64,000 nucleotides of DNA, from NCBI RefSeq assembly GCF_009914755.1, contig NC_060930.1, one strand, 5' to 3'. Positions 10,711-24,983 of this stretch are shown here, piece after piece. The translations under genes and the position numbers were made by a program. The stretch is from the human T2T-CHM13v2.0 reference genome, Homo sapiens. Position 1 is the first letter of the stretch, and every line of letters begins with the position of its first letter. A model generated the notes under the pieces. It did no database searches. It was not told the DNA's origin and saw nothing but the letters and a program-made list of their open reading frames with translations.

Positions 10711-13700
10711 TCTTGTAGTAGCTGCAAGTGGATATTTGGACCTATTGGAGGCCTTCTTTGGAAATGGGATTTCTTCATGTAACTCTAGATTGAAGAATTC
10801 TCAGAAACTCCTTTGTGATGTGTGCATTCAATTCAAAGAGTGAAACCTCTCTTTTCACAGAGCAGTTTTGAAACACTGTTTTTGTAGGATTTCCAAGGGG
10901 ATATTTATAGCGCATTGAGCCTACGGCGGAAAAAGAAACATCTTCCTATAAAAACTAGACAGAATACTTCTCAGAATCTGCTTTGCGATGTGTGCGTTCA
11001 ACTCACAGAGTAAAACTTTTCTTTTGATAGAGCAGTTTTGAAACACTCTTTTTGTAGTATTTGCATGTGTATATTTAGAGCGCATTGAAGCCCACAGTAG
11101 AAAAGGAAATAACTTCACCTAAAACCTAGACAGAAGCAATCTCAGAAACTACTTTGTGATGTGTACATTCAACTCACAGAGTGGAACTTTCCTCTTTATA
11201 GAGCAGTGTTGAAACACTCTTTTTGTAGAAACTGCAAGTGGATATTTGGACCTCTTTGAGGCCTTCGTTGGAAACGGGATTTCTTCCTATAACCCTAGAC
11301 AGAAGAATTTTCAGAAACCTCATTGTGATGTGTGCGTTCATCTCACAGAGTGGAGTCTTCCGTTTGATAGAGAAGTTTTGAAACCCTGTTCTTGTAGGAT
11401 TTCCAAGTGGATATTTAGACCACTTTGAAGCCTATGATAGAAAAGGAAACATCTTCATGGAAAACATAGATAGAATCATCCTCAGAAACAACTTTGTGAT
11501 GTGTGCGTTGAACTCACCGTCTTTAACCTTTCTTTTGGTAGAGAAGTTTTGAAACACTCTCTTTGTAAAGTCTACAAGTGGATATTTTGAGCCCTTGGAG
11601 GCATTCTTTGGAAAAGGGAATGTCTTCACATAAAAGGCAGACGGAAGTGTTCTCAGAAACTGCTTTGTGATGTCTGTGTTCAACTCACAGAGTTTAACAT
11701 TTCCTTTGATAGAGCGGTTTAGTAACCCTCTCTTTGTAGAATTTGGAAGTGTATACTAAGAGCGCTTTGAGGCCTATGGTAGAAAAGGAAATATCTTTCC
11801 ATAAAAGCTAGACAGAAGCAATCTCAGAAACTCCTCTGTGATGTCTGCATTCAACTCACCGAGTGGAACATTCCTCTTGAGAGAGCAGTTTGGAAACACT
11901 CTTTCTGTAGAATCAGCTTGTTTGTATTTGGACCTCCTTGAGGCCTTCGTTGGAAACGGGTTTTCATCTTATAAACCCAGACAGAAGAATTCTCAGAGTC
12001 TTCTTTGTGATGTGTGCTTTCAACTCACCGAGATAAAGATTTCTCTTGATAGAGCAATTTGGAAACACTCTTTTTGTAGAATTTGCAAGGGTACATTGAG
12101 AGCGCTTTCAGGCCTATGGTAGAAAAGGGAATATCTTTCCATAAAAGGTAGACAGAAGCAATCTCAGAAACTACTTTGTGATGTGTGCATTCAACTCACC
12201 GAGTGCAACGTTCCTCTTGACCGAGCAGTTTGGAAACATTGTTTCTGTAGAATCTGCAAGTGGATATTTGGACCTCTTTGAGGCCTTCGTTGGAAACGGG
12301 ATTTCTTCCTATAAACCCAGACAGAAGAATTCTCAGAGACTTCTTTGTGATGTGTGAATTCAACTCACAGTGTGGATCCTTCCTTTTGATAGAGCAGTTT
12401 TGAAACCCTGTTTTTGTAGTATTTCCAAGCGGATATTTGGAACGCCTTGAAGCGTATGGTAGAAAAGGAAATATCTTCCCATAAAACCTAGACAGAACCA
12501 ATCTCAGAAACGACTTTGTGATGTCTGCATTCAACTCACAGAGTTGAACATTTCTCTTGATAGAGCAGTTTTGAAACCCTCTTTCTGAAGGATCTGCAAG
12601 TGGATATTTGGAACTCCTTTGGGTCTTCGTTGGAAACGGGATTTCTTCGTATAAATCTAGACAGAAGAATTCTCCGAAACTTCTTTGGTTGTGTGCATTC
12701 AAGTCACAGAGTGGAACCTTCCTTTGGATAGAGCAGTTTGAAACGCCGTGGTTGTAGTATTTCCAAGCGGATATTAGAGCGCCTTGAGGCCTATGGTAGA
12801 AAAGGAAATATCTTCCCATAAAACCTAGACGGAAGCAATCTCAGAAACTACTGTGTGATGGCTGCATTCCACACACACGGTGGAACATTTCTCTTGATAG
12901 AGCAGTTTTGAAACACTCTTTCTGTAGAATCTGCAAGTGGATAATTGGACCGCCTTGAGGCCTTCGTTGGAAACGGGATTTCTTCATGTTACTCTAGATA
13001 GAAGAATTCTCAAACACTGCTATGTGATGTTTGCATTCAAGTCACAGAGTGCAACATTCCTCTTGGTAGAGCAGTTGGGAAACACTCCTTTTGTAGAATC
13101 TGCAATGGGATATTTGGACTTCTTTGAGGCCTTCGTTGGAAACGGGATTACTTCGTATGAATCTAGACAGAAGAATTCTCAGAAACTTCCTTGTGATGTG
13201 TGCATTCAACTCAGCGAGTGGCACCTTCCTTTGGATACAGCAGTTTTGAAACACTGTTTTTGTAGTATTTCCAAGCGGATATTTAGAGCGCCTTGAAGCC
13301 TATGCTAGAAATGGAAATATCTCCCCATAAAACCAAGACAGAAGCAATCTCAGAAACTAATGTGTGATGGCTGCATTCCACACACACGGTGGACCATTTC
13401 TCTTGATAGAGCAGTTTTGAAACACTCTTTCTGTAGAATCTGCAAGTGGATAATTGGACCTCCTAGAGGCCTTCGTTGGAAACGGGATTTCTTCATCTAA
13501 ACCTACAGAGAAGAATTCTCAGTAACTTCTTCGGATGTGTGCATTCGACGCACAGAATGGAACATTCCCTTTGATAGAGCAGTTTTGAGACACCGTTTTT
13601 GTAGAATTCCCAAGTGGATATTTAGAGCACTTTGAAGTCTCTGCTAGAAAAGGAAACAACTTCATGTAAAAAGTAGATAGAACCGTTCTCAGAAAGTGCT

Positions 13701-13767
13701 TAGTGACGTGTGCGTTCAACTCACAGAGTTTAACGTTTCTTTTGATAGAGCGTTTCTGAAACACCCT
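10711..13767 (+). repeat. HOR unit U5, 18-mer (L)
   Basis: Period 3057. Confidence 0.95.
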
Positions 13768-16318
13768 TCTTGTAGTAGCTGCAAGTGGATATTTGGACCT
13801 ATTGGAGGCCTTCTTTGGAAATGGGATTTCTTCATGTAACTCTAGATTGAAGAGTTCTCAGAAACTCCTTTGTGATGTGTGCATTCAATTCAAAGAGTGA
13901 AACCTCCCTTTTCACAGAGCAGTTTTGAAACACTGTTTTTGTAGGATTTCCAAGGGGATATTTATAGCGCATTGAGCCTACGGCGGAAAAAGAAATATCT
14001 TCCTATAAAAACTAGAGAGAATACTTCTCAGAATCTGCTTTGCGATGTGTGCGTTCAACTCACAGAGTAAAACTTTTCTTTTGATAGAGCAGTTTTGAAA
14101 CACTCTTTTTGTAGTATTTGCATGTGTATATTTAGAGCGCATTGAAGCCCACAGTAGAAAAGGAAATAACTTCACCTAAAACCTAGACAGAAGCAATCTC
14201 AGAAACTACTTTGTGATGTGTACATTCAACTCACAGAGTGGAACTTTCCTCTTTATAGAGCAGTGTTGAAACACTCTTTTTGTAGAAACTGCAAGTGGAT
14301 ATTTGGACCTCTTTGAGGCCTTCGTTGGAAACGGGATTTCTTCCTATAACCCTAGACAGAAGAATTTTCAGAAACCTCATTGTGATGTGTGCGTTCATCT
14401 CACAGAGTGGAGTCTTCCGTTTGATAGAGAAGTTTTGAAACCCTGTTCTTGTAGGATTTCCAAGTGGATATTTAGACCACTTTGAAGCCTATGATAGAAA
14501 AGGAAACATCTTCATGGAAAACATAGATAGAATCATTCTCAGAAACAACTTTGTGATGTGTGCGTTGAACTCACCGTCTTTAACCTTTCTTTTGGTAGAG
14601 AAGTTTTGAAACACTCTCTTTGTAAAGTCTACAAGTGGATATTTTGAGCCCTTGGAGGCATTCTTTGGAAAAGGGAATGTCTTCACATAAAAGGCAGACG
14701 GAAGTGTTCTCAGAAACTGCTTTGTGATGTCTGTGTTCAACTCACAGAGTTTAACATTTCCTTTGATAGAGCGGTTTAGTAACCCTCTCTTTGTAGAATT
14801 TGGAAGTGTATACTAAGAGCGCTTTGAGGCCTATGGTAGAAAAGGAAATATCTTTCCATAAAAGCTAGACAGAAGCAATCTCGGAAACTCCTTTGTGATG
14901 TCTGCATTCAACTCACCGAGTGGAACATTCCTCTTGATAGAGCAGTTTGGAAACACTCTTTCTGTAGAATCAGCTTGTTTGTATTTGGACCTCCTTGAGG
15001 CCTTCGTTGGAAACGGGTTTTCATCTTATAAACCCAGACAGAAGAATTCTCAGAGTCTTCTTTGTGATGTGTGCTTTCAACTCACCGAGATAAAGATTTC
15101 TCTTGATAGAGCAATTTGGAAACACTCTTTTTGTAGAATTTGCAAGGGTATATTGAGAGCGCTTTCAGGCCTATGGTAGAAAAGGGAATATCTTTCCATA
15201 AAAGGTAGACAGAAGCAATCTCAGAAACTACTTTGTGATGTGTGCATTCAACTCACCGAGTGCAACGTTCCTCTTGACCGAGCAGTTTGGAAACATTGTT
15301 TCTGTAGAATCTGCAAGTGGATATTTGGACCTCTTTGAGGCCTTCGTTGGAAACGGGATTTCTTCCTATAAACCCAGACAGAAGAATTCTCAGAGACTTC
15401 TTTGTGATGTGTGAATTCAACTCACAGTGTGGATCCTTCCTTTTGATAGAGCAGTTTTGAAACCCTGTTTTTGTAGTATTTCCAAGCGGATATTTGGAAC
15501 GCCTTGAAGCGTATGGTAGAAAAGGAAATATCTTCCCATAAAACCTAGACAGAACCAATCTCAGAAACGACTTTGTGATGTCTGCATTCAAGTCACAGAG
15601 TTGAACATTTCTCTTGATAGAGCAGTTTTGAAACCCTCTTTCTGAAGGATCTGCAAGTGGATATTTGGAACTCCTTTGGGTCTTCGTTGGAAACGGGATT
15701 TCTTCGTATAAATCTAGACAGAAGAATTCTCAGAAACTTCCTTGTGATGTGTGCATTCAACTCAGCGAGTGGCACCTTCCTTTGGATACAGCAGTTTTGA
15801 AACACTGTTTTTGTAGTATTTCCAAGCGGATATTTAGAGCGCCTTGAAGCCTATGCTAGAAATGGAAATATCTCCCCATAAAACCAAGACAGAAGCAATC
15901 TCAGAAACTAATGTGTGATGGCTGCATTCCACACACACGGTGGACCATTTCTCTTGATAGAGCAGTTTTGAAACACTCTTTCTGTAGAATCTGCAAGTGG
16001 ATAATTGGACCTCCTAGAGGCCTTCGTTGGAAACGGGATTTCTTCATCTAAACCTACAGAGAAGTATTCTCAGTAACTTCTTCGGATGTGTGCATTCGAC
16101 GCACAGAATGGAACATTCCCTTTGATAGAGCAGTTTTGAGACACCGTTTTTGTAGAATTCCCCAGTGGATATTTAGAGCACTTTGAAGTCTCTGCTAGAA
16201 AAGGAAACATCTTCATGTAAAAAGTAGATAGAATCGTTCTCAGAAAGTGCTTAGTGTCGTGTGCGTTCAACTCACAGAGTTTAACGTTTCTTTTGATAGA
16301 GCGTTTCTGAAACACCCT
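13768..16318 (+). repeat. HOR unit U6, 15-mer (S, divergent)
   Basis: Period 2551; several private SNPs. Confidence 0.95.
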
Positions 16319-19300
16319 TCTTGTAGTAGCTGCAAGTGGATATTTGGACCTATTGGAGGCCTTCTTTGGAAATGGGATTTCTTCATGTAACTCTAGATTG
16401 AAGAGTTCTCAGAAACTCCTTTGTGATGTGTGCATTCAATTCAAAGAGTGAAACCTCCCTTTTCACAGAGCAGTTTTGAAACACTGTTTTTGTAGGATTT
16501 CCAAGGGGATATTTATAGCGCATTGAGCCTACGGCGGAAAAAGAAACATCTTCCTATAAAAACTAGAGAGAATACTTCTCAGAATCTGCTTTGCGATGTG
16601 TGCGTTCAACTCACAGAGTAAAACTTTTCTTTTGATAGAGCAGTTTTGAAACACTCTTTTTGTAGTATTTGCATGTGTATATTTAGAGCGCATTGAAGCC
16701 CACAGTAGAAAAGGAAATAACTTCACCTAAAACCTAGACAGAAGCAATCTCAGAAACTACTTTGTGATGTGTACATTCAACTCACAGAGTGGAACTTTCC
16801 TCTTTATAGAGCAGTGTTGAAACACTCTTTTTGTAGAAACTGCAAGTGGATATTTGGACCTCTTTGAGGCCTTCGTTGGAAACGGGATTTCTTCCTATAA
16901 CCCTAGACAGAAGAATTTTCAGAAACCTCATTGTGATGTGTGCGTTCATCTCACAGAGTGGAGTCTTCCGTTTGATAGAGAAGTTTTGAAACCCTGTTCT
17001 TGTAGGATTTCCAAGTGGATATTTAGACCACTTTGAAGCCTATGATAGAAAAGGAAACATCTTCATGGAAAACATAGATAGAATCATCCTCAGAAACAAC
17101 TTTGTGATGTGTGCGTTGAACTCACCGTCTTTAACCTTTCTTTTGGTAGAGAAGTTTTGAAACACTCTCTTTGTAAAGTCTACAAGTGGATATTTTGAGC
17201 CCTTGGAGGCATTCTTTGGAAAAGGGAATGTCTTCACATAAAAGGCAGACGGAAGTGTTCTCAGAAACTGCTTTGTGATGTCTGTGTTCAACTCACAGAG
17301 TTTAACATTTCCTTTGATAGAGCGGTTTAGTAACCCTCTCTTTGTAGAATTTGGAAGTGTATACTAAGAGCGCTTTGAGGCCTATGGTAGAAAAGGAAAT
17401 ATCTTTCCATAAAAGCTAGACAGAAGCAATCTCAGAAACTCCTCTGCGATGTCTGCATTCAACTCACCGAGTGGAACATTCCTCTTGAGAGAGCAGTTTG
17501 GAAACACTCTTTCTGTAGAATCAGCTTGTTTGTATTTGGACCTCCTTGAGGCCTTCGTTGGAAACGGGTTTTCATCTTATAAACCCAGACAGAAGAATTC
17601 TCAGAGTCTTCTTTGTGATGTGTGCTTTCAACTCACCGAGATAAAGATTTCTCTTGATAGAGCAATTTGGAAACACTCTTTTTGTAGAATTTGCAAGGGT
17701 ACATTGAGAGCGCTTTCAGGCCTATGGTAGAAAAGGGAATATCTTTCCATAAAAGGTAGACAGAAGCAATCTCAGAAACTACTTTGTGATGTGTGCATTC
17801 AACTCACCGAGTGCAACGTTCCTCTTGACCGAGCAGTTTGGAAACATTGTTTCTGTAGAATCTGCAAGTGGATATTTGGACCTCTTTGAGGCCTTCGTTG
17901 GAAACGGGATTTCTTCCTATAAACCCAGACAGAAGAATTCTCAGAGACTTCTTTGTGATGTGTGAATTCAACTCACAGTGTGGATCCTTCCTTTTGATAG
18001 AGCAGTTTTGAAACCCTGTTTTTGTAGTATTTCCAAGCGGATATTTGGAACGCCTTGAAGCGTATGGTAGAAAAGGAAATATCTTCCCATAAAACCTAGA
18101 CAGAACCAATCTCAGAAACGACTTTGTGATGTCTGCATTCAAGTCACAGAGTTGAACATTTCTCTTGATAGAGCAGTTTTGAAACCCTCTTTCTGAAGGA
18201 TCTGCAAGTGGATATTTGGAACTCCTTTGGGTCTTCGTTGGAAACGGGATTTCTTCGTATAAATCTAGACAGAAGAATTCTCCGAAACTTCTTTGGTTGT
18301 GTGCATTCAAGTCACAGAGTGGAACCTTCCTTTGGATAGAGCAGTTTGAAACGCCGTGGTTGTAGTATTTCCAAGCGGATATTAGAGCGCCTTGAGGCCT
18401 ATGGTAGAAAAGGAAATATCTTCCCATAAAACCTAGACGGAAGCAATCTCAGAAACTACTGTGTGATGGCTGCATTCCACACACACGGTGGAACATTTCT
18501 CTTGATAGAGCAGTTTTGAAACACTCTTTCTGTAGAATCTGCAAGTGGATAATTGGACCGCCTTGAGGCCTTCGTTGGAAACGGGATTTCTTCATGTTAC
18601 TCTAGATAGAAGAATTCTCAAACACTGCTATGTGATGTTTGCATTCAAGTCACAGAGTGCAACATTCCTCTTGGTAGAGCAGTTGGGAAACACTCCTTTT
18701 GTAGAATCTGCAATGGGATATTTGGACTTCTTTGAGGCCTTCGTTGGAAACGGGATTTCTTCGTATGAATCTAGACAGAAGAATTCTCAGAAACTTCCTT
18801 GTGATGTGTGCATTCAACTCAGCGAGTGGCACCTTCCTTTGGATACAGCAGTTTTGAAACACTGTTTTTGTAGTATTTCCAAGCGGATATTTAGAGCGCC
18901 TTGAAGCCTATGCTAGAAATGGAAATATCTCCCCATAAAACCAAGACAGAAGCAATCTCAGAAACTAATGTGTGATGGCTGCATTCCACACACACGGTGG
19001 ACCATTTCTCTTGATAGAGCAGTTTTGAAACACTCTTTCTGTAGAATCTGCAAGTGGATAATTGGACCTCCTAGAGGCCTTCGTTGGAAACGGGATTTCT
19101 TCATCTAAACCTACAGAGAAGAATTCTCAGTAACTTCTTCGGATGTGTGCATTCGACGCACAGAATGGAACATTCCCTTTGATAGAGCAGTTTTGAGACA
19201 CCGTTTTTGTAGAATTCCCAAGTGGATATTTAGAGCACTTTGAAGTCTCTGCTAGAAAAGGAAACATCATCATGTAAAAAGTAGATAGAATCGTTCTCAG

Positions 19301-19375
19301 AAAGTGCTTAGTGTCGTGTGCGTTCAACTCACAGAGTTTAACGTTTCTTTTGATAGAGCGTTTCTGAAACACCCT
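16319..19375 (+). repeat. HOR unit U7, 18-mer (L with S-type tail)
   Basis: Period 3057; tail SNPs at 19269 and 19314 are S-type. Confidence 0.95.
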
Positions 19376-22300
19376 TCTTGTAGTAGCTGCAAGTGGATAT
19401 TTGGACCTATTGGAGGCCTTCTTTGGAAATGGGATTTCTTCATGTAACTCTAGATTGAAGAATTCTCAGAAACTCCTTTGTGATGTGTGCATTCAATTCA
19501 AAGAGTGAAACCTCCCTTTTCACAGAGCAGTTTTGAAACACTGTTTTTGTAGGATTTCCAAGGGGATATTTATAGCGCATTGAGCCTACGGCAGAAAAAG
19601 AAACATCTTCCTATAAAAACTAGAGAGAATACTTCTCAGAATCTGCTTTGCGATGTGTGCGTTCAACTCACAGAGTAAAACTTTTCTTTTGATAGAGCAG
19701 TTTTGAAACACTCTTTTTGTAGTATTTGCATGTGTATATTTAGAGCGCATTGAAGCCCACAGTAGAAAAGGAAATAACTTCACCTAAAACCTAGACAGAA
19801 GCAATCTCAGAAACTACTTTGTGATGTGTACATTCAACTCACAGAGTGGAACTTTCCTCTTTATAGAGCAGTGTTGAAACACTCTTTTTGTAGAAACTGC
19901 AAGTGGATATTTGGACCTCTTTGAGGCCTTCGTTGGAAACGGGATTTCTTCCTATAACCCTAGACAGAAGAATTTTCAGAAACCTCATTGTGATGTGTGC
20001 GTTCATCTCACAGAGTGGAGTCTTCCGTTTGATAGAGAAGTTTTGAAACCCTGTTCTTGTAGGATTTCCAAGTGGATATTTAGACCACTTTGAAGCCTAT
20101 GATAGAAAAGGAAACATCTTCATGGAAAACATAGATAGAATCATCCTCAGAAACAACTTTGTGATGTGTGCGTTGAACTCACCGTCTTTAACCTTTCTTT
20201 TGGTAGAGAAGTTTTGAAACACTCTCTTTGTAAAGTCTACAAGTGGATATTTTGAGCCCTTGGAGGCATTCTTTGGAAAAGGGAATGTCTTCACATAAAA
20301 GGCAGACGGAAGTGTTCTCAGAAACTGCTTTGTGATGTCTGTGTTCAACTCACAGAGTTTAACATTTCCTTTGATAGAGCGGTTTAGTAACCCTCTCTTT
20401 GTAGAATTTGGAAGTGTATACTAAGAGCGCTTTGAGGCCTATGGTAGAAAAGGAAATATCTTTCCATAAAAGCTAGACAGAAGCAATCTCAGAAACTCCT
20501 TTGCGATGTCTGCATTCAACTCACCGAGTGGAACATTCCTCTTGAGAGAGCAGTTTGGAAACACTCTTTCTGTAGAATCAGCTTGTTTGTATTTGGACCT
20601 CCTTGAGGCCTTCGTTGGAAACGGGTTTTCATCTTATAAACCCAGACAGAAGAATTCTCAGAGTCTTCTTTGTGATGTGTGCTTTCAACTCACCGAGATA
20701 AAGATTTCTCTTGATAGAGCAATTTGGAAACACTCTTTTTGTAGAATTTGCAAGGGTACATTGAGAGCGCTTTCAGGCCTATGGTAGAAAAGGGAATATC
20801 TTTCCATAAAAGGTAGACAGAAGCAATCTCAGAAACTACTTTGTGATGTGTGCATTCAACTCACCGAGTGCAACGTTCCTCTTGACCGAGCAGTTTGGAA
20901 ACATTGTTTCTGTAGAATCTGCAAGTGGATATTTGGACCTCTTTGAGGCCTTCGTTGGAAACGGGATTTCTTCCTATAAACCCAGACAGAAGAATTCTCA
21001 GAGACTTCTTTGTGATGTGTGAATTCAACTCACAGTGTGGATCCTTCCTTTTGATAGAGCAGTTTTGAAACCCTGTTTTTGTAGTATTTCCAAGCGGATA
21101 TTTGGAACGCCTTGAAGCGTATGGTAGAAAAGGAAATATCTTCCCATAAAACCTAGACAGAACCAATCTCAGAAACGACTTTGTGATGTCTGCATTCAAC
21201 TCACAGAGTTGAACATTTCTCTTGATAGAGCAGTTTTGAAACCCTCTTTCTGAAGGATCTGCAAGTGGATATTTGGAACTCCTTTGGGTCTTCGTTGGAA
21301 ACGGGATTTCTTCGTATAAATCTAGACAGAAGAATTCTCCGAAACTTCTTTGGTTGTGTGCATTCAAGTCACAGAGTGGAACCTTCCTTTGGATAGAGCA
21401 GTTTGAAACGCCGTGGTTGTAGTATTTCCAAGCGGATATTAGAGCGCCTTGAGGCCTATGGTAGAAAAGGAAATATCTTCCCATAAAACCTAGACGGAAG
21501 CAATCTCAGAAACTACTGTGTGATGGCTGCATTCCACACACACGGTGGAACATTTCTCTTGATAGAGCAGTTTTGAAACACTCTTTCTGTAGAATCTGCA
21601 AGTGGATAATTGGACCGCCTTGAGGCCTTCGTTGGAAACGGGATTTCTTCATGTTACTCTAGATAGAAGAATTCTCAAACACTGCTATGTGATGTTTGCA
21701 TTCAAGTCACAGAGTGCAACATTCCTCTTGGTAGAGCAGTTGGGAAACACTCCTTTTGTAGAATCTGCAATGGGATATTTGGACTTCTTTGAGGCCTTCG
21801 TTGGAAACGGGATTTCTTCGTATGAATCTAGACAGAAGAATTCTCAGAAACTTCCTTGTGATGTGTGCATTCAACTCAGCGAGTGGCACCTTCCTTTGGA
21901 TACAGCAGTTTTGAAACACTGTTTTTGTAGTATTTCCAAGCGGATATTTAGAGCGCCTTGAAGCCTATGCTAGAAATGGAAATATCTCCCCATAAAACCA
22001 AGACAGAAGCAATCTCAGAAACTAATGTGTGATGGCTGCATTCCACACACACGGTGGACCATTTCTCTTGATAGAGCAGTTTTGAAACACTCTTTCTGTA
22101 GAATCTGCAAGTGGATAATTGGACCTCCTAGAGGCCTTCGTTGGAAACGGGATTTCTTCATCTAAACCTACAGAGAAGAATTCTCAGTAACTTCTTCGGA
22201 TGTGTGCATTCGACGCACAGAATGGAACATTCCCTTTGATAGAGCAGTTTTGAGACACCGTTTTTGTAGAATTCCCAAGTGGATATTTAGAGCACTTTGA

Positions 22301-22432
22301 AGTCTCTGCTAGAAAAGGAAACATCTTCATGTAAAAAGTAGATAGAATCGTTCTCAGAAAGTGCTTAGTGACGTGTGCGTTCAACTCACAGAGTTTAACG
22401 TTTCTTTTGATAGAGCGTTTCTGAAACACCCT
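19376..22432 (+). repeat. HOR unit U8, 18-mer (L)
   Basis: Period 3057. Confidence 0.95.
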
Positions 22433-24983
22433 TCTTGTAGTAGCTGCAAGTGGATATTTGGACCTATTGGAGGCCTTCTTTGGAAATGGGATTTCTTCAT
22501 GTAACTCTAGATTGAAGAGTTCTCAGAAACTCCTTTGTGATGTGTGCATTCAATTCAAAGAGTGAAACCTCCCTTTTCACAGAGCAGTTTTGAAACACTG
22601 TTTTTGTAGGATTTCCAAGGGGATATTTATAGCGCATTGAGCCTACGGCGGAAAAAGAAACATCTTCCTATAAAAACTAGACAGAATACTTCTCAGAATC
22701 TGCTTTGCGATGTGTGCGTTCAACTCACAGAGTAAAACTTTTCTTTTGATAGAGCAGTTTTGAAACACTCTTTTTGTAGTATTTGCATGTGTATATTTAG
22801 AGCGCATTGAAGCCCACAGTAGAAAAGGAAATAACTTCACCTAAAACCTAGACAGAAGCAATCTCAGAAACTACTTTGTGATGTGTACATTCAACTCACA
22901 GAGTGGAACTTTCCTCTTTATAGAGCAGTGTTGAAACACTCTTTTTGTAGAAACTGCAAGTGGATATTTGGACCTCTTTGAGGCCTTCGTTGGAAACGGG
23001 ATTTCTTCCTATAACCCTAGACAGAAGAATTTTCAGAAACCTCATTGTGATGTGTGCGTTCATCTCACAGAGTGGAGTCTTCCGTTTGATAGAGAAGTTT
23101 TGAAACCCTGTTCTTGTAGGATTTCCAAGTGGATATTTAGACCACTTTGAAGCCTATGATAGAAAAGGAAACATCTTCATGGAAAACATAGATAGAATCA
23201 TCCTCAGAAACAACTTTGTGATGTGTGCGTTGAACTCACCGTCTTTAACCTTTCTTTTGGTAGAGAAGTTTTGAAACACTCTCTTTGTAAAGTCTACAAG
23301 TGGATATTTTGAGCCCTTGGAGGCATTCTTTGGAAAAGGGAATGTCTTCACATAAAAGGCAGACGGAAGTGTTCTCAGAAACTGCTTTGTGATGTCTGTG
23401 TTCAACTCACAGAGTTTAACATTTCCTTTGATAGAGCGGTTTAGTAACCCTCTCTTTGTAGAATTTGGAAGTGTATACTAAGAGCGCTTTGAGGCCTATG
23501 GTAGAAAAGGAAATATCTTTCCATAAAAGCTAGACAGAAGCAATCTCAGAAACTCCTCTGTGATGTCTGCATTCAACTCACCGAGTGGAACATTCCTCTT
23601 GAGAGAGCAGTTTGGAAACACTCTTTCTGTAGAATCAGCTTGTTTGTATTTGGACCTCCTTGAGGCCTTCGTTGGAAACGGGTTTTCATCTTATAAACCC
23701 AGACAGAAGAATTCTCAGAGTCTTCTTTGTGATGTGTGCTTTCAACTCACCGAGATAAAGATTTCTCTTGATAGAGCAATTTGGAAACACTCTTTTTGTA
23801 GAATTTGCAAGGGTACATTGAGAGCGCTTTCAGGCCTATGGTAGAAAAGGGAATATCTTTCCATAAAAGGTAGACAGAAGCAATCTCAGAAACTACTTTG
23901 TGATGTGTGCATTCAACTCACCGAGTGCAACGTTCCTCTTGACCGAGCAGTTTGGAAACATTGTTTCTGTAGAATCTGCAAGTGGATATTTGGACCTCTT
24001 TGAGGCCTTCGTTGGAAACGGGATTTCTTCCTATAAACCCAGACAGAAGAATTCTCAGAGACTTCTTTGTGATGTGTGAATTCAACTCACAGTGTGGATC
24101 CTTCCTTTTGATAGAGCAGTTTTGAAACCCTGTTTTTGTAGTATTTCCAAGCGGATATTTGGAACGCCTTGAAGCGTATGGTAGAAAAGGAAATATCTTC
24201 CCATAAAACCTAGACAGAACCAATCTCAGAAACGACTTTGTGATGTCTGCATTCAAGTCACAGAGTTGAACATTTCTCTTGATAGAGCAGTTTTGAAACC
24301 CTCTTTCTGAAGGATCTGCAAGTGGATATTTGGAACTCCTTTGGGTCTTCGTTGGAAACGGGATTTCTTCGTATAAATCTAGACAGAAGAATTCTCAGAA
24401 ACTTCCTTGTGATGTGTGCATTCAACTCAGCGAGTGGCACCTTCCTTTGGATACAGCAGTTTTGAAACACTGTTTTTGTAGTATTTCCAAGCGGATATTT
24501 AGAGCGCCTTGAAGCCTATGCTAGAAATGGAAATATCTCCCCATAAAACCAAGACGGAAGCAATCTCAGAAACTAATGTGTGATGGCTGCATTCCACACA
24601 CACGGTGGACCATTTCTCTTGATAGAGCAGTTTTGAAACACTCTTTCTGTAGAATCTGCAAGTGGATAATTGGACCTCCGAGAGGCCTTCGTTGGAAACG
24701 GGATTTCTTCATCTAAACCTACAGAGAAGTATTCTCAGTAACTTCTTCGGATGTGTGCATTCGACGCACAGAATGGAACATTCCCTTTGATAGAGCAGTT
24801 TTGAGACACCGTTTTTGTAGAATTCCCAAGTGGATATTTAGAGCACTTTGAAGTCTCTGCTAGAAAAGGAAACATCATCATGTAAAAAGTAGATAGAATC
24901 GTTCTCAGAAAGTGCTTAGTGTCGTGTGCGTTCAACTCACAGAGTTTAACGTTTCTTTTGATAGAGCGTTTCTGAAACACCCT
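22433..24983 (+). repeat. HOR unit U9, 15-mer (S)
   Basis: Period 2551. Confidence 0.95.
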
